The position numbers and the translations under genes are program-made. From an uncultured delta proteobacterium (GTDB taxonomy: Bacteria; Myxococcota_A; Polyangia; Polyangiales; Polyangiaceae), in assembly GCA_963841435.1 (NCBI GenBank), contig CAWJCS010000005.1, forward strand, positions 672,001-736,000: a stretch of 64,000 nt of DNA, read 5' to 3'. The notes under the pieces were generated by a model. It ran no database searches, was not told the DNA's origin, and was given only the letters and a program-made list of their open reading frames with translations. Shown here in pieces: positions 1-10,652 of this stretch (position 1 is the first letter of the stretch; each line of letters begins with the position of its first letter).

Positions 1-101
1 GCGCCCCCGACGCCGCGGACCGCGCGCTCGTCGAGACCGCGCTCAAGCGACTCGGCGATGGCATGAAGGCGGCGGCCACCACCGAGCTCAGCGCCGACTG
101 A
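1..101 (+). CDS. 3' end of an unidentified CDS (partial)
   Basis: Frame 3 is open from the window edge (APDAADRALVETALKRLGDGMKAAATTELSAD), with GC3-rich codons and TGA at 99-101. Confidence 0.55.
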   Translation, partial: APDAADRALVETALKRLGDGMKAAATTELSAD

Positions 102-128
102 CCACGCCGGCGGGACGGGCGCACGGCC

Positions 129-896
129 TCAGAGTCCGGTGTACTCGACGAGCTCTTCGCGCACGTCGCCTTCCTCCGTGAGGACCTGTCCGATGCCCGC
201 AGAGTAGTACTTGCGCTCGTCCATGCTCGGGTCGAGCACGGAGCGGTCGCGCGTCTCCACGCAACCCGTGAAATCTCCCGCGGGCACGCTCGCGCTCGCG
301 GCGAGCGACAGCACCTCGGCGTCGTCTTCCGCCTCCCCGGCGAAGTACTCCTGGCGATAGCGATCGCCGACCTCGGGGTGCGCGAGCATCACGACGCCCG
401 GCAGCGCTCCGTCGACTCCGGCCGTCCACGTGCCATGGGTGCTCACGACCTCACCGTTTTCGTATTCGGCGGTGTCCTCACCCAGGTACCAGACGTTACC
501 GTGAGGATCCTCGGCATAGTAGTCGGTGGTGTCCTCGATGAGCTCGCCGTCGAGGTAAGCCGAGTCGCGAACCACGCGAGCATCCACTCCCCAGACCGCT
601 TTGGTGTCGTCCTCGACGGACACCTCGATGCGCTCCAAGCCATCCGCGGTCTCGGACTCGTAGGCCCAGGTCGCGCCGGGCGGTAGCGGCAGGAATCGGT
701 TCGTGATGTCCGGCGAGAGCATCGCGGGATCGACGGTGGGCGCGTAGGGCGCATAGGGCGCGGGGTTGTGCGTATCGGTGACGAGGGGACGGTCGTCGTC
801 CTTCCCGGCTTCGCCCTCGTCGTCCTCGGCCCCGCAGCCGATGACCGCGAGCGCGAGAAATGAGCCGAATGCCAGACGGGCGGGGTATCGCAACAT
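129..896 (-). CDS. Hypothetical lipoprotein, acidic and beta-rich
   Basis: Start MLRYPARL, lipobox LAVIG-C; conserved-looking motifs GNVWYLGE, VPAGDF and KYYSAGIG. Confidence 0.75.
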   Translation of the reverse strand: MLRYPARLAFGSFLALAVIGCGAEDDEGEAGKDDDRPLVTDTHNPAPYAPYAPTVDPAMLSPDITNRFLPLPPGATWAYESETADGLERIEVSVEDDTKAVWGVDARVVRDSAYLDGELIEDTTDYYAEDPHGNVWYLGEDTAEYENGEVVSTHGTWTAGVDGALPGVVMLAHPEVGDRYRQEYFAGEAEDDAEVLSLAASASVPAGDFTGCVETRDRSVLDPSMDERKYYSAGIGQVLTEEGDVREELVEYTGL

Positions 897-937
897 GGTG
901 CCTCCGCCGGTGAGTGCGCGCGGCGTCCAAAGACGGC

Positions 938-3187
938 TCACGGAGCGCGTCGCCGAGTCGCCCGGCCCAAGGCCCCAACGATACGTTCGCACGCGTCGGC
1001 CTCGCCCGCCGTGACCGCCGGCGCGCGCTCGGCCGCGTACGGAAGCGCGCGTGCTTTCGGGGCGCCGAGCTGCGCCGCCGGTAGCCAGGCGTGCTCGACG
1101 CTGCCGATGCGCGCCCCGGCGCCCACGAACAGCGCGCTCGGGTCGGGCCCGGTCGCGCGGCGCGGCGCGGGGCGAAGCGAGAGAGGTTGCCCGCCGGGAA
1201 GGAGCGCACCAAATCCCGCGACACGCTGGGCCACAGGGTCCGAGAACGGGTCACGCGTGCCGGGTAGGCCCTGCGCGACGAAACGAGCCACGTCGAGCCC
1301 GCCCGAGCGCTCGAGCCCGAGTGTGCGATGGACCGCAGCGAGGCGACGCTCGACTTCGTCGAGCGACATGCCGCCGGGAGCGCGCACGAGTGCCGACTCC
1401 TCGTCGAGCAGGAAGCTCGAATCGAGCGGCGGAGAAGACGAAGGATGCTGCGGCGCGGCGCCGAGCGGCGAGGCCGGACACAGAATGCCCGCAGGATCCC
1501 AGGCTGCTTTCACGGCGGCGAGTGCGGAGAGCGAGCCCGCGCCGAGGTCGGCGGCGAGCGCCTCGGCGCGCAACCGCCCGATGCCGTGGTGATGACTGAT
1601 GGTACCGCCCGCCGCGATGGCCGCTTTCATGGCGTCCTGCCAGAGCGTCACGTGCCGGTCGACCGCCTGCGCGCTCTTCGAGGCGCCGACGAGCGTGAAG
1701 TAGATACTGCAACCGTCCGGATAGGCGTGCGAAAGGTGCGCCATCACGAGGGCATGGCGGGCGAGAGCACGACGCACGCCGTGGTAGAGCGCGCCGACCT
1801 GGGACCACGGCGCCGCCACCTCCAGCGTGTCGCTGAACGCCTGGTGGCGAAACACCCGGGACTGTTCGTAGCTCACGGCATAGCGGCGCTCGAACCAGAC
1901 TCGCGCCGGTTCCTCGCCGAGGGCCGTGCCGCCTTCTTCGCGTGCGATCGTGCGGGCGCTGAGCGCGTCGTCGTCCACCTCGCCGTGCCGACCTTCGAAG
2001 ACGAGCACGAGCTTCGCGGCGCTCATCACGGTGCGCTCGAGCAATCCGAGCGCCCCCTCGAGCAGCTTCGGCGCGCCGAGCCAGCGCGTGACCCCGACGT
2101 GGCGATCCGGATCGATCGGACCTTCGGCGAAGGGGGGGGCGGCAGCGGGCGCGGTTGCCTTGAGCAACACCGAATCGAGCGGGTCGTAGAGCCGGGCAAC
2201 CGCCGGGCGCAACCCCGCCTGGTAGATGCGCCTGAGTGTAGAAAGCCCGGCAGCGAGGTGCGGCAGCTCGAACGCGGAGAAAGCGCGCGCCTCTGGAATC
2301 GGGTGCAGGCGCAGCTCGACGCGCGTCAGGATCCCGAGGGTGCCCTCCGACCCGACGAGGAGCGGGGTGAGGTCGAGCCCCCCGGCGCGCCGGTGAAAGG
2401 TGACCCTTTCGCCCGTGCCGAGAACCGAGTCCGCGGCAACGAGCATGTCCTCGATCTTGCCGTAGCGTCCCGAGCACTGACCCGCGCCGCGCGCCGCGAC
2501 CCAGCCACCGACCGTCGAGCACAGGATGCTCGACGGAAAGTGCCCGATGGTGACGCCGAGCCGGCCGAGCGCTTCTTCGAGCGTGACACCGAGCGCGCCG
2601 GGGCCCACCGAAAGCACGTCGCCACGCCGCTCGAACGTGCGCATCCGTTTGGTATCGACGATGAGCGTGCGGGCGTCGGGCGCGATGGCTCCGCACACAC
2701 CGCTGCCCGCACCGTACGGGACGAGCGGAATGCCCTCGCGGCGCGCGAGCTCCACGAGCAAGGCGACGTCTTCTGCCGACGAGGGCCGCACCACGCCCGC
2801 GGGCAAGGCGTCTGCAACGGCCGGTCCGTGCTGGAGCGCGATTAGGTGCCGCTGCCAGAGGTCGCGCGAGCCCGCGAGGCGGTCGGGCAGCGCCGTGGAG
2901 GTCTGACGCCGCAGTCGCGCGGGCAGAAGCGACACGACATCGGCCACGCCGGCAGCTTGGCAGAGCGCCCCCCAGGAGGCGAGCCCCGCGAACCGCGCGG
3001 CGCCCGAGCGCTCGGGGCGCAGGAGAACGGTCACGCGCTCGCCGGTGACGTCGACTGGAAGCTCCATGACCGCCTCTGCTTGACGCGCGGGAGGTCGAGG
3101 ACTCGGGGCTCTGGGCTCCGCCATGCGAGCGGCGGTCCGGCGAGCTGGCGGCCGACCATGAGGTTGGACCTTTCGAGTCGGCGTCAA
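938..3187 (-). CDS. FAD-linked oxidase, alkyl-dihydroxyacetonephosphate synthase (AGPS)-like, with extra C-terminal FAD_binding_4-like domain; start uncertain
   Basis: VPYGAGSGV, GHFPSS..STVGGW..RGAG..SGRYGKIEDM, GSEGTLG, HLSHAYPDG, ISHHHGIG. Confidence 0.85.
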   Translation of the reverse strand: MTPTRKVQPHGRPPARRTAARMAEPRAPSPRPPARQAEAVMELPVDVTGERVTVLLRPERSGAARFAGLASWGALCQAAGVADVVSLLPARLRRQTSTALPDRLAGSRDLWQRHLIALQHGPAVADALPAGVVRPSSAEDVALLVELARREGIPLVPYGAGSGVCGAIAPDARTLIVDTKRMRTFERRGDVLSVGPGALGVTLEEALGRLGVTIGHFPSSILCSTVGGWVAARGAGQCSGRYGKIEDMLVAADSVLGTGERVTFHRRAGGLDLTPLLVGSEGTLGILTRVELRLHPIPEARAFSAFELPHLAAGLSTLRRIYQAGLRPAVARLYDPLDSVLLKATAPAAAPPFAEGPIDPDRHVGVTRWLGAPKLLEGALGLLERTVMSAAKLVLVFEGRHGEVDDDALSARTIAREEGGTALGEEPARVWFERRYAVSYEQSRVFRHQAFSDTLEVAAPWSQVGALYHGVRRALARHALVMAHLSHAYPDGCSIYFTLVGASKSAQAVDRHVTLWQDAMKAAIAAGGTISHHHGIGRLRAEALAADLGAGSLSALAAVKAAWDPAGILCPASPLGAAPQHPSSSPPLDSSFLLDEESALVRAPGGMSLDEVERRLAAVHRTLGLERSGGLDVARFVAQGLPGTRDPFSDPVAQRVAGFGALLPGGQPLSLRPAPRRATGPDPSALFVGAGARIGSVEHAWLPAAQLGAPKARALPYAAERAPAVTAGEADACERIVGALGRATRRRAP

Positions 3188-3207
3188 CGCGCTATCCTAG
3201 AAGTATC

Positions 3208-4625
3208 GTGCCTTCCTTACCTCGCTCGTTGGCGCTGCTAAAGACCTTTGGATTTTGCGCTTTCATCGGGTGCAGCCCCGCGGAGAAGTCCTCGGACACG
3301 GCAGGTGGCAAAGGCGGGACGCCCGGCACGGGGGGCGCCGGCACTGGTGGACAGGGCGCGGCCGCGGGGGCAGCCGGCCTCGCTGCAGGCGGTGCTTCGG
3401 GCGGCGCCGCGACCGGTGGCACGGGCGGAGGCGCCGGCGACATGGCAGGAGCGTCGGCAGGCGGCGGCGTGGCCGGCGCGGGAGCAGCGGGCACGGGCGG
3501 CATTTCCGGTGGCAACGGCGGCGCGGGCAGTGGTGGCATCGCGGGCGACGGCGGGGCGAGCGCAGGAGCGGCCGGTGACACGGGCGGCGCGAGCGGGGCG
3601 AGCGGCGCGGGAGCGGGGGGCGTCGGCAACGTCTGGCACGCCGCGAAGGCGTCGGCCGTGACGGATGCCATGCTCGCGAGCGAGTACACGACGTGGAAGG
3701 GCCGTCATGCCCAAACGTGCAGCGATGGTAGCGCCGTCGTGAAAAAGGACGCTGGCTCGGTGGTGTCCGAGGGCATCGGCTACGGCATGTTGCTCGCCGT
3801 CGCCCAGGACGACCGCGCCTTCTTCGACGGACTCTACAAGTACTACGGCGACCATCTCGATCCGAAGGGCCTCATGAACTGGTCCACGGGCGTGTGCGAC
3901 CCGGCCGGGAACAACAACGCGAACGCCGCGGCCGACGGGGATCTCAACGTCGCCATGGCGCTCGTGCAGGCCAGCGCCCGCTGGACCGACGGCGGCTACC
4001 TCACGCTCGCCGAGACGCTCGCCGACACGATTCTCGCCGAGGAAACCGAGATCTGCAGCGGGCTGGCGATCCTCCGGCCCGGCGACAATTTCGGCGGCTG
4101 CAGCGATACGTCGAGCCCACGCGATCGAATCCTTCCTACTTCGCGCCGGGCTACTACCGCGTGTTCGCGGCGCGCTTCCCCGCCCAGGCGGAGCGCTGGA
4201 ACGCGCTCGTCGAAGGGACGTACGAGCTTTACCCTATCTACCAGGCGCGGATGGAAGGCCTGGTGCCCGACTGGAGCGCCATCGATGGCTCCGACTGGTA
4301 CGGCGCAGGCTACTCGTACGATGCCTGCCGCACGCCCTGGCGCGTGATGGTCGATTACGCCTGGAGCGGCGACCCGCGCGCGCAAACGTTCCTCGGCAAC
4401 GTCAACACGTGGGTGGCGGCACACGGGCTCACCGGCAGCACGCTACCGAATAATAGCGCTTTCGTCGGCGCGCTTTCGCTCGCGAGCGCGGTGGATCAAG
4501 CGGCGCTCGACGCGGCCGTGACGACGTGGCTCGGCTCGAACGGCGACGACATGCCGTACTTCCAGGGAACGCTGCGCGTGCTCTACCTGCACGCCGCCGC
4601 CGGCAAGTTCCCGTCGACGCTCTGA
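3208..4625 (+). CDS. Glycoside hydrolase family 8 lipoprotein with Gly/Ala linker; frameshift near 4122
   Basis: Lipobox AFIG-C; VSEGIGYGML and AADGDL in ORF 3208-4347; NPSYFAP and YDACRTPWR in the other frame (ORF 3894-4625). Confidence 0.88.
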
Positions 4626-4781
4626 AGATTGCTCGAGGATCGTCTTCGTCGCGCGCGGCGCGAGGCGCGCGGACCGGCAGCCCCTCGCTCGATCCCAGTC
4701 CTACGGTGCTCGACCGACGGGGGTCGAAAGAGTCCGCGCGCTCGTTGCAGACGCGGCCCGTGGGCATTAATCTCCTCGGCG

Positions 4782-5177
4782 ATGCCCTCGCCTCGCTGGT
4801 TCGTTTTCGCGCTCACGGTCCTTGCCGTCGCCTGTGGGGGCTCCGAGCCGGCGGCTCGTTCGGCCGACTCCGCCGATGGGAGCGCGCCGAGCGACGCGCG
4901 CGCCGACGGCAGTGGCACGGACGAGAGCAGCGGCGACGGCGAAGAGAGCACGGCCGAAGCACCGAGCGCGCCGAGCTGCGACGACGGCACCTGCACGACG
5001 TGTGGAGACGCCCTCTGCCCGAGCGGCTGGTACTGCGACGAGGGTGCCCCGGGCGGTCCCGCCTGCGGCTGGCTCCCCGAGTGCGCCACGAAATCCACCT
5101 GCGCCTGCGTCAAGCGTGCCTTCAGCGGCTGCCGCTGCGAGGACGAGGGCGGCGCCGCGCACCTGAGCTGCCGGTAG
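4782..5177 (+). CDS. Small cysteine-rich lipoprotein
   Basis: MPSPRWFVFALTVLAVA-C lipobox, acidic linker, 12 Cys in the C-terminal ~65 aa. Confidence 0.75.
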   Translation: MPSPRWFVFALTVLAVACGGSEPAARSADSADGSAPSDARADGSGTDESSGDGEESTAEAPSAPSCDDGTCTTCGDALCPSGWYCDEGAPGGPACGWLPECATKSTCACVKRAFSGCRCEDEGGAAHLSCR

Positions 5178-5179
5178 TC

Positions 5180-6031
5180 GTGGCCGCTCGTCCCGTCGCC
5201 GACGTGATCTCGGAGCAGGTCGGTGCGAATGCAAGCGCCGAGGGCGAGCGGGCTGCGTTCGCGTCGCACCGAGCCCGGCTCACGCGCCTGCTGGTCGAGC
5301 GCGCGCGGCCCAATGCGTCGCTTTGCGTGCTCGGCGCGGGCAACTGTCACGATCTCGAGCTTGCCACGCTGCTCGAGCATTATGGCGAGATCCACCTCGT
5401 CGATCTCGACCCCGCCGCGCTCGAGCGCGCCCGCTCACGGCTCGAGGAGGGCGGCGAGCGCATCGTTGCCCATGCCCCGCTCGACGTCTCGGGGGTGCTC
5501 GACAAGCTCGAGCGCTGGGCGGCGTTCCGCGTCACTCCAGAGGAGCTGATCGGCCATGGTGACGCCACGGCACGCTCGGTCGCCGCAGCCTTGGGGGCTT
5601 CGTTCGATGTCGTCTTGTCGTCGTGCTTGCTCACTCAAATCCAGCGGGCGCCCGTGGCGGTGCTCGGCGATAAACACCCGCTGTTCGAGGCCGTACGCCA
5701 CACGCTCAGCGTCACCCACCTGCGCGTCTTGCGCGCGCTGCTCGGCCCCGAGGGACGCGCGCTGCTCGTCACCGACGTGACCGCCGACCGCATCGCCAAG
5801 CTCCCCGAGAGCGACGGCGGCGAAAGTCTCGTCCCGCTGCTCGACGAGCTCGTTCGCACGCAGGCCGTCTTCCAGGTGGCGCAGCCCGAGCTCTTGAAGG
5901 CCATGGTGCGCGACGACCCCGTGCTCGCTTCGAGCACGGAGGCAAAGGGGCCGCTCGATGCCTGGCTCTGGCAAAATGGGCCGCACGAACGCTTCCTCGT
6001 GGCGGCGCTCGAGCTCGTCCCGCGCCGCTGA
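5180..6031 (+). CDS. Class I SAM-dependent methyltransferase-like protein
   Basis: VLGAGNCHD motif I, HLVDLD motif II, FDVVLS; GTG start inferred just after the upstream stop. Confidence 0.7.
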   Translation: MAARPVADVISEQVGANASAEGERAAFASHRARLTRLLVERARPNASLCVLGAGNCHDLELATLLEHYGEIHLVDLDPAALERARSRLEEGGERIVAHAPLDVSGVLDKLERWAAFRVTPEELIGHGDATARSVAAALGASFDVVLSSCLLTQIQRAPVAVLGDKHPLFEAVRHTLSVTHLRVLRALLGPEGRALLVTDVTADRIAKLPESDGGESLVPLLDELVRTQAVFQVAQPELLKAMVRDDPVLASSTEAKGPLDAWLWQNGPHERFLVAALELVPRR

Positions 6032-6133
6032 CCGGGCCCGGCGAGCGCGACGGGCGCTTCTCGGGTTTTCGACGTGGTTCGTTGCGAACGACGCCGATCG
6101 AGGCTGCTCCTGCCAAGGACTGGCGGGGTGGTG

Positions 6134-8155
6134 CTACGGCTTTTGCGCGAGGACGATGAGGCGCGGCGAGAGCTCGCCGAAGAAGACGCCCGGCATCGAG
6201 GGTTGACCGCTCGCCTCGGTGACGCGAAAGCCCACGTCGTGCAGCAGCTTGCCGAGCTCGTGGAGCGAGTACAGCCGCACCGAGTACGTGCACTCGCGCG
6301 AGCGTCCATCGTCGAAGATCACCGAGCGCTTCACGCGCAGGCGGCTCGTGATGAAATCGAGGCTCATGTCATCCATACAGACGCACGAGTCGCCCTCGTA
6401 CCAGAGCTGACTGGGCGAATACCCCGCCGCAAAATCCCGATTCGCAACGTCGACGAGGAACATGCCGCCCGGCTTGAGCGCGCGGAAGATGCGCTCGGCA
6501 ACGGCCAGGTTCTTTTCTTCTTCGAAGTAGCCGAAGCTCGTATTCCAGCAGTAGATCCCATCGAACATGGCCTCGAAGGCCATCTCGCGCATGTCGCCCT
6601 GCAAGAAATTGATCTTTTGGGCGCGCTCCTGCGCCATGTCTCCGGCGAGCGCGAGCTGATACACGGAGAGGTCGTACCCGACGACGCCGTAGCCGCGCGA
6701 GGCGAGCTCGACCGCGTGGTGACCCGACCCGCAGGCGAGATCGAGCACGACGCCTCCCTTGGCGACGCCCAGCGATTCCTCGATGAAATCCACTTCGCGC
6801 GCGATTTGCTTGTCGGTGAGGCGCGGAATTGCACGCGAGAAATCTTCGCCGAAGATGTCTTCCCACCACGGGCGCTTGAGGGTGCGGCGAGCTCGAGGGC
6901 GATCGGTGTCGGGACGTCGCGGGGGCTGCGGGCGTCGCGGAGGTGGAGGCGGCGTGGGCGCGCCGGGGGTCTTGTCGGTCCGCGACTCGGGCACGGAGGT
7001 CGCCTCGGTGGCGGGGAACTCGGGCACCGACAGGGCGTCATCGCGCCCGAGCTCCGTGATCTTCTCCAACGTTGGCCTGTCCTCGGAGTCGGAGTCGGGC
7101 GCGAGGTCGGCGTCATCGAGCTCCGTGGCATCGTGCGCCACGGGCGCCTCCGTCGACTCCTCGGACGAAGACAGGGGCTCCCGCGCCCCGGTCTCGACGC
7201 CAGCGAGCGCGGGCGTCGGGTCATCGTTGTCGAGCTCGCTCTCGACCTCTTCGCGCGATTCGCTCCCGCGCGCCCCCGGGGCTGGCCCGGCGCCCGGCGT
7301 GCCGATGGCAATGATGCGCATCACCTGGATCGCGGGGGCGGGCGTGGGCTTGCTGGGCGGCGCTGCGAAGTCGGTCGGGACGATGACGTGAGCCGGAGCC
7401 GGGGGCTCACTGCGACGGGGTGGAGGTCGGGTGGTGCGGTTCGGCGGCTTCACGCGCGCGGCGCCACCCGATTCGATGCCGAGCGCAGCGGGAACTGGTG
7501 GCGGCGGCGGCGGCTTGACCACGGGGGCACCTGCCGCCGATGGAGGCGGCGGCGGCGGGGGCGAGGGCGATTTGACGGCGGGCGGGGTTGCCGCCGGCGC
7601 CGGTGGGCGCGGCGAGGGCCGTTTGACCGCGGGGGCACCCGCCGCCGAAGCAGCGACCGCCGCTGGGGACGGCGAAAGGACGGGACGCGGCGGCGCGGGC
7701 ACCGGACGCGGCGGCACGGAGCCGGGCAAAAGCGGCGACTTGGGCATGGCGACGGGGGGTGGCGCCATCGCCTCGGCCGCCGGCTTGTCGCTCGACTTGC
7801 GAGCGGGCGCATCGGGCCCGGCGGGCACGGAGTCGCGCCGCGGCTTCGGCGGCGGCACGAGCTTGCGCGACGCGGGCGGCGTCGACTCGAGCCGAGGCGA
7901 CGACACCGGCGGCACGACGAGCTCCGGCGTGATCGCTTCGATCTCCGGAGCGGATGCCGCGCTCGAACGCGCGGGAGGAGCCGGCACCGCACGCGGGCTC
8001 GAAAGCGCCGGACTCGAGCCGGGTGGGCGGCTCGGGGTCCCGACAGAGAGCACGCGGTGGCTCGGGATCTTGGGTGGCGCGGGTGGCGGCGTCGGCGGCT
8101 CGCTGATGGGCGTCTCCGCATCGTCGCGCGGGGCGGGATCGCTCGGCTTGCTCAT
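6134..8155 (-). CDS. Class I SAM methyltransferase with a ~430-aa Pro-rich/acidic disordered N-terminus
   Basis: VLDLACGSG, VGYDLS, QGDMR, FDGIYC, LKPGG in the C-terminal ~250 aa; 4-nt overlap with psd. Confidence 0.88.
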   Translation of the reverse strand: MSKPSDPAPRDDAETPISEPPTPPPAPPKIPSHRVLSVGTPSRPPGSSPALSSPRAVPAPPARSSAASAPEIEAITPELVVPPVSSPRLESTPPASRKLVPPPKPRRDSVPAGPDAPARKSSDKPAAEAMAPPPVAMPKSPLLPGSVPPRPVPAPPRPVLSPSPAAVAASAAGAPAVKRPSPRPPAPAATPPAVKSPSPPPPPPPSAAGAPVVKPPPPPPVPAALGIESGGAARVKPPNRTTRPPPRRSEPPAPAHVIVPTDFAAPPSKPTPAPAIQVMRIIAIGTPGAGPAPGARGSESREEVESELDNDDPTPALAGVETGAREPLSSSEESTEAPVAHDATELDDADLAPDSDSEDRPTLEKITELGRDDALSVPEFPATEATSVPESRTDKTPGAPTPPPPPRRPQPPRRPDTDRPRARRTLKRPWWEDIFGEDFSRAIPRLTDKQIAREVDFIEESLGVAKGGVVLDLACGSGHHAVELASRGYGVVGYDLSVYQLALAGDMAQERAQKINFLQGDMREMAFEAMFDGIYCWNTSFGYFEEEKNLAVAERIFRALKPGGMFLVDVANRDFAAGYSPSQLWYEGDSCVCMDDMSLDFITSRLRVKRSVIFDDGRSRECTYSVRLYSLHELGKLLHDVGFRVTEASGQPSMPGVFFGELSPRLIVLAQKP

Positions 8156-8976
8156 CCGGCCCTCAACAGCGACTCACCGAAACGGATCGCCCCCGGGCGC
8201 CGCGCCACCGACAAGCCCGGCTCGAGCAGCAGCACGACGGTGGAGCCGAGGTGGAAGATCCCGAGCTCGTCGCCGCGCGCAACGCTTCGTGCCGGCTCGA
8301 TCGGGTGCTCGCCCTCGGGCACGTCGTCGCCGGGCAACACGCTCACCGTCACGCGGCCCACGATCGTCGCGCCTACCATCACCACCGTCACGCGCCCGAG
8401 ACCGTCGGTATCGACGACGATCGCGACACGCTGGTTTTTGACGAAGAGCTGCGGAACATGACGCTCGCCAATCTTGTTGACCGGGTACAAATCGCCCGAT
8501 AGCCCGCGCACCAGCGTCACCTTGCCATCGACCGGCGAATGAACGCGATGGTAATCGCGCGGCGCGAGGTACACGACCGCGAACTCGCCCCCCGCGTAGC
8601 GGGCGGCGTCGCGCGGATCACCCACGAGCTCGCCCACGTCGTAGGGCTGCCCTTTTACGAAGATCCGCGCGCCCGAATCGACGACGCCGAGTGACGACAG
8701 CGCGCCGTCGGCGGGGCTCACGAGCGAGTCGCCGCTCACGGGCCGGGCGCCTTTTTTGAGCGGGCGCGTGAAGAAGGCGTCGAAGCTCGGAAAGCCCTGC
8801 GCCGGTAGCTCTGCGTCGTCGAGCTCGACGCGGTAGGTGCGACAATACGCCGAGGTCACCGCGCGCGAGACCGCGCGGGGAAGGGGTTGGTCGCACAAAC
8901 GCCCCATGGCCCGGCTGATTCGGACCCTGGGCAGCGCGCGCAGGACCTGTGCGGCGAGGAGCGTGGCAATGCCCAC
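8152..8976 (-). CDS. psd: Phosphatidylserine decarboxylase proenzyme
   Basis: FFTRPLK, SPADG, YLAPRDYHRVHSP, FHLGST autocleavage motif; GTG start at 8976 inferred (ORF open to 9042). Confidence 0.95.
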   Translation of the reverse strand: MGIATLLAAQVLRALPRVRISRAMGRLCDQPLPRAVSRAVTSAYCRTYRVELDDAELPAQGFPSFDAFFTRPLKKGARPVSGDSLVSPADGALSSLGVVDSGARIFVKGQPYDVGELVGDPRDAARYAGGEFAVVYLAPRDYHRVHSPVDGKVTLVRGLSGDLYPVNKIGERHVPQLFVKNQRVAIVVDTDGLGRVTVVMVGATIVGRVTVSVLPGDDVPEGEHPIEPARSVARGDELGIFHLGSTVVLLLEPGLSVARRPGAIRFGESLLRAG

Positions 8977-9097
8977 GGAAGTGTTTCGAAGCCGGCTTGG
9001 ACTCGAGCTTTCATCGTACGGCTTCTCGTGGACTCGGGTCAATTCTCTCGTCTTTTCCCGGACTTTGGTACAGCGGCCGCGGGCGGGAATTTTTCGA

Positions 9098-10652
9098 TCA
9101 GAGCGGCTTCTCGGGCTTCTTCGGGGCTGCTTCGCGCGCCGATTCGCACAGGGCGCGCCGACGCGGGTCTTTGGGTACGACCCGTACCCCTCCTTCTATG
9201 CCCCCTTCGCAGGCCACCGTGCTGTCGAGCGGGTCGAGACCGAGGGCGTGCTCGAGCTCGGCCCTGGCCTCCTCCGCGTGCCCGGCGTCGGCGTCCAGGC
9301 GACCCCGGAGAGCCATCCACCCCCCGTGGGGCCCTCGAATGTCCGAAAGCGTCCCCAGCCGGGTGCTCGCCTCGGCCGCCGTGCCGAGGACCATGGCCGT
9401 CCGGGCGGCCCGGTAGCGCACCGACGCCTCAGCGGAACCAAGCGCGAGGGCGGCGTCGTACTCGACCTGGGCGGCCGCGGCCCGGCCTCGTTCCGCCAGC
9501 AGATCGCCGAGCCGGACGCGGCGAGCCAGGGCGCGCGGGTCCTTGACGGGCGCGGGCCGTGAGCGCGCCTCTCGCGGGTCGCGCGGCGGGACATCGAGCA
9601 TGCTCTTTTTCCAGAGCCGGCTCCAGTCGCCGAGACCATAGCCGCTCACCGAGCGGAGCGCCGGATCGGCGCTATCGGGCGATGTCTCCGCCATGTCGGA
9701 AAAGAGCAACCTCAGCGCCGGACTTCCGTTGAGCGCGAGCCAGTACGTGACGAAGCTCTGCACCTCCGCGTAGGCAACCGACGCTTGCTCGGGGCTCGGC
9801 AACATGGCGATGGAGGGGCCGAGCTCGTCGAGCCCGATGAAGCGCCCCGTCAGCAGGGCCTCGAAGGCCAGCTGCTGGGCGGCGCTCGCGTCGTCGAACG
9901 CTCGTGCTGGGCGCCAGCGCGTTTCTTCGCGCTTGGCGATGCCCTCCTGAAGCCAGAGCGGCGCGCGATCCGTCGAGGCGCGCGTCACGATGAGGTGCGT
10001 GATTTCGTGGGCAAGTGTGTCCTGCCAGGGGTAGCCGAGCGGCGTCGCGCGTGGCGTGATCGCGATCACGCGGCCCCAACGGGCCACGGCGAGCGTCCCC
10101 GTGGTTTCGGCGGCGGAGAGCGGTAGCCCCGAAACGGCGGCCAGCGAGAACAGGTCGCGCACGAGATCGATGCGCAGAGGCCGTGGAAACGCTACGTCGA
10201 GCTCGGCGGCGATCGCGTCCCTCGCCCGGGCGGCGGTTTCGATCACGAACGGCGCAAAGGCGCGATCTGCGTCGTCCTGCAACCTGACCCACACGCCGAG
10301 CTTCTCGTCCTCGACGACGAAGCCGCTCACGGTCGCACGCGCGCAGCTTTCGGCGAGCGCCGAGAGCGGCGCGCCACCGGGCGCCTCGGCGAGCGTCGGC
10401 GCCGAGAGCGCGGCAGCGGCGCGGTCGCAGTCACCTCGATAGATGGCGAGTCGCGCGCGCTCGAGTGCCAGCTGGGTGGCGTCGCCCTTCGCGACGTTCG
10501 AGCAGCTTCTCGGCACGGTCGAGGTCGAGTCGGGTGATAGCCTCCGAGACGCTCGCGTCGGGCGCGGAGGGCAGTCCGGCGGCGGCCACGGCCGAGAGCA
10601 ACGCGCCGCCCGAGAGCAGCGCCACGAACCAAGCGAGCCCGCGGCCCGTCAT
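9098..10652 (-). CDS. Secreted peptidase MA-like zinc metallopeptidase with TPR-like helices; frameshift near 10495
   Basis: Signal peptide in ORF 10431-10652; LAHEITH (HExxH) and PLWLQEGIA in ORF 9098-10516. Confidence 0.8.
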
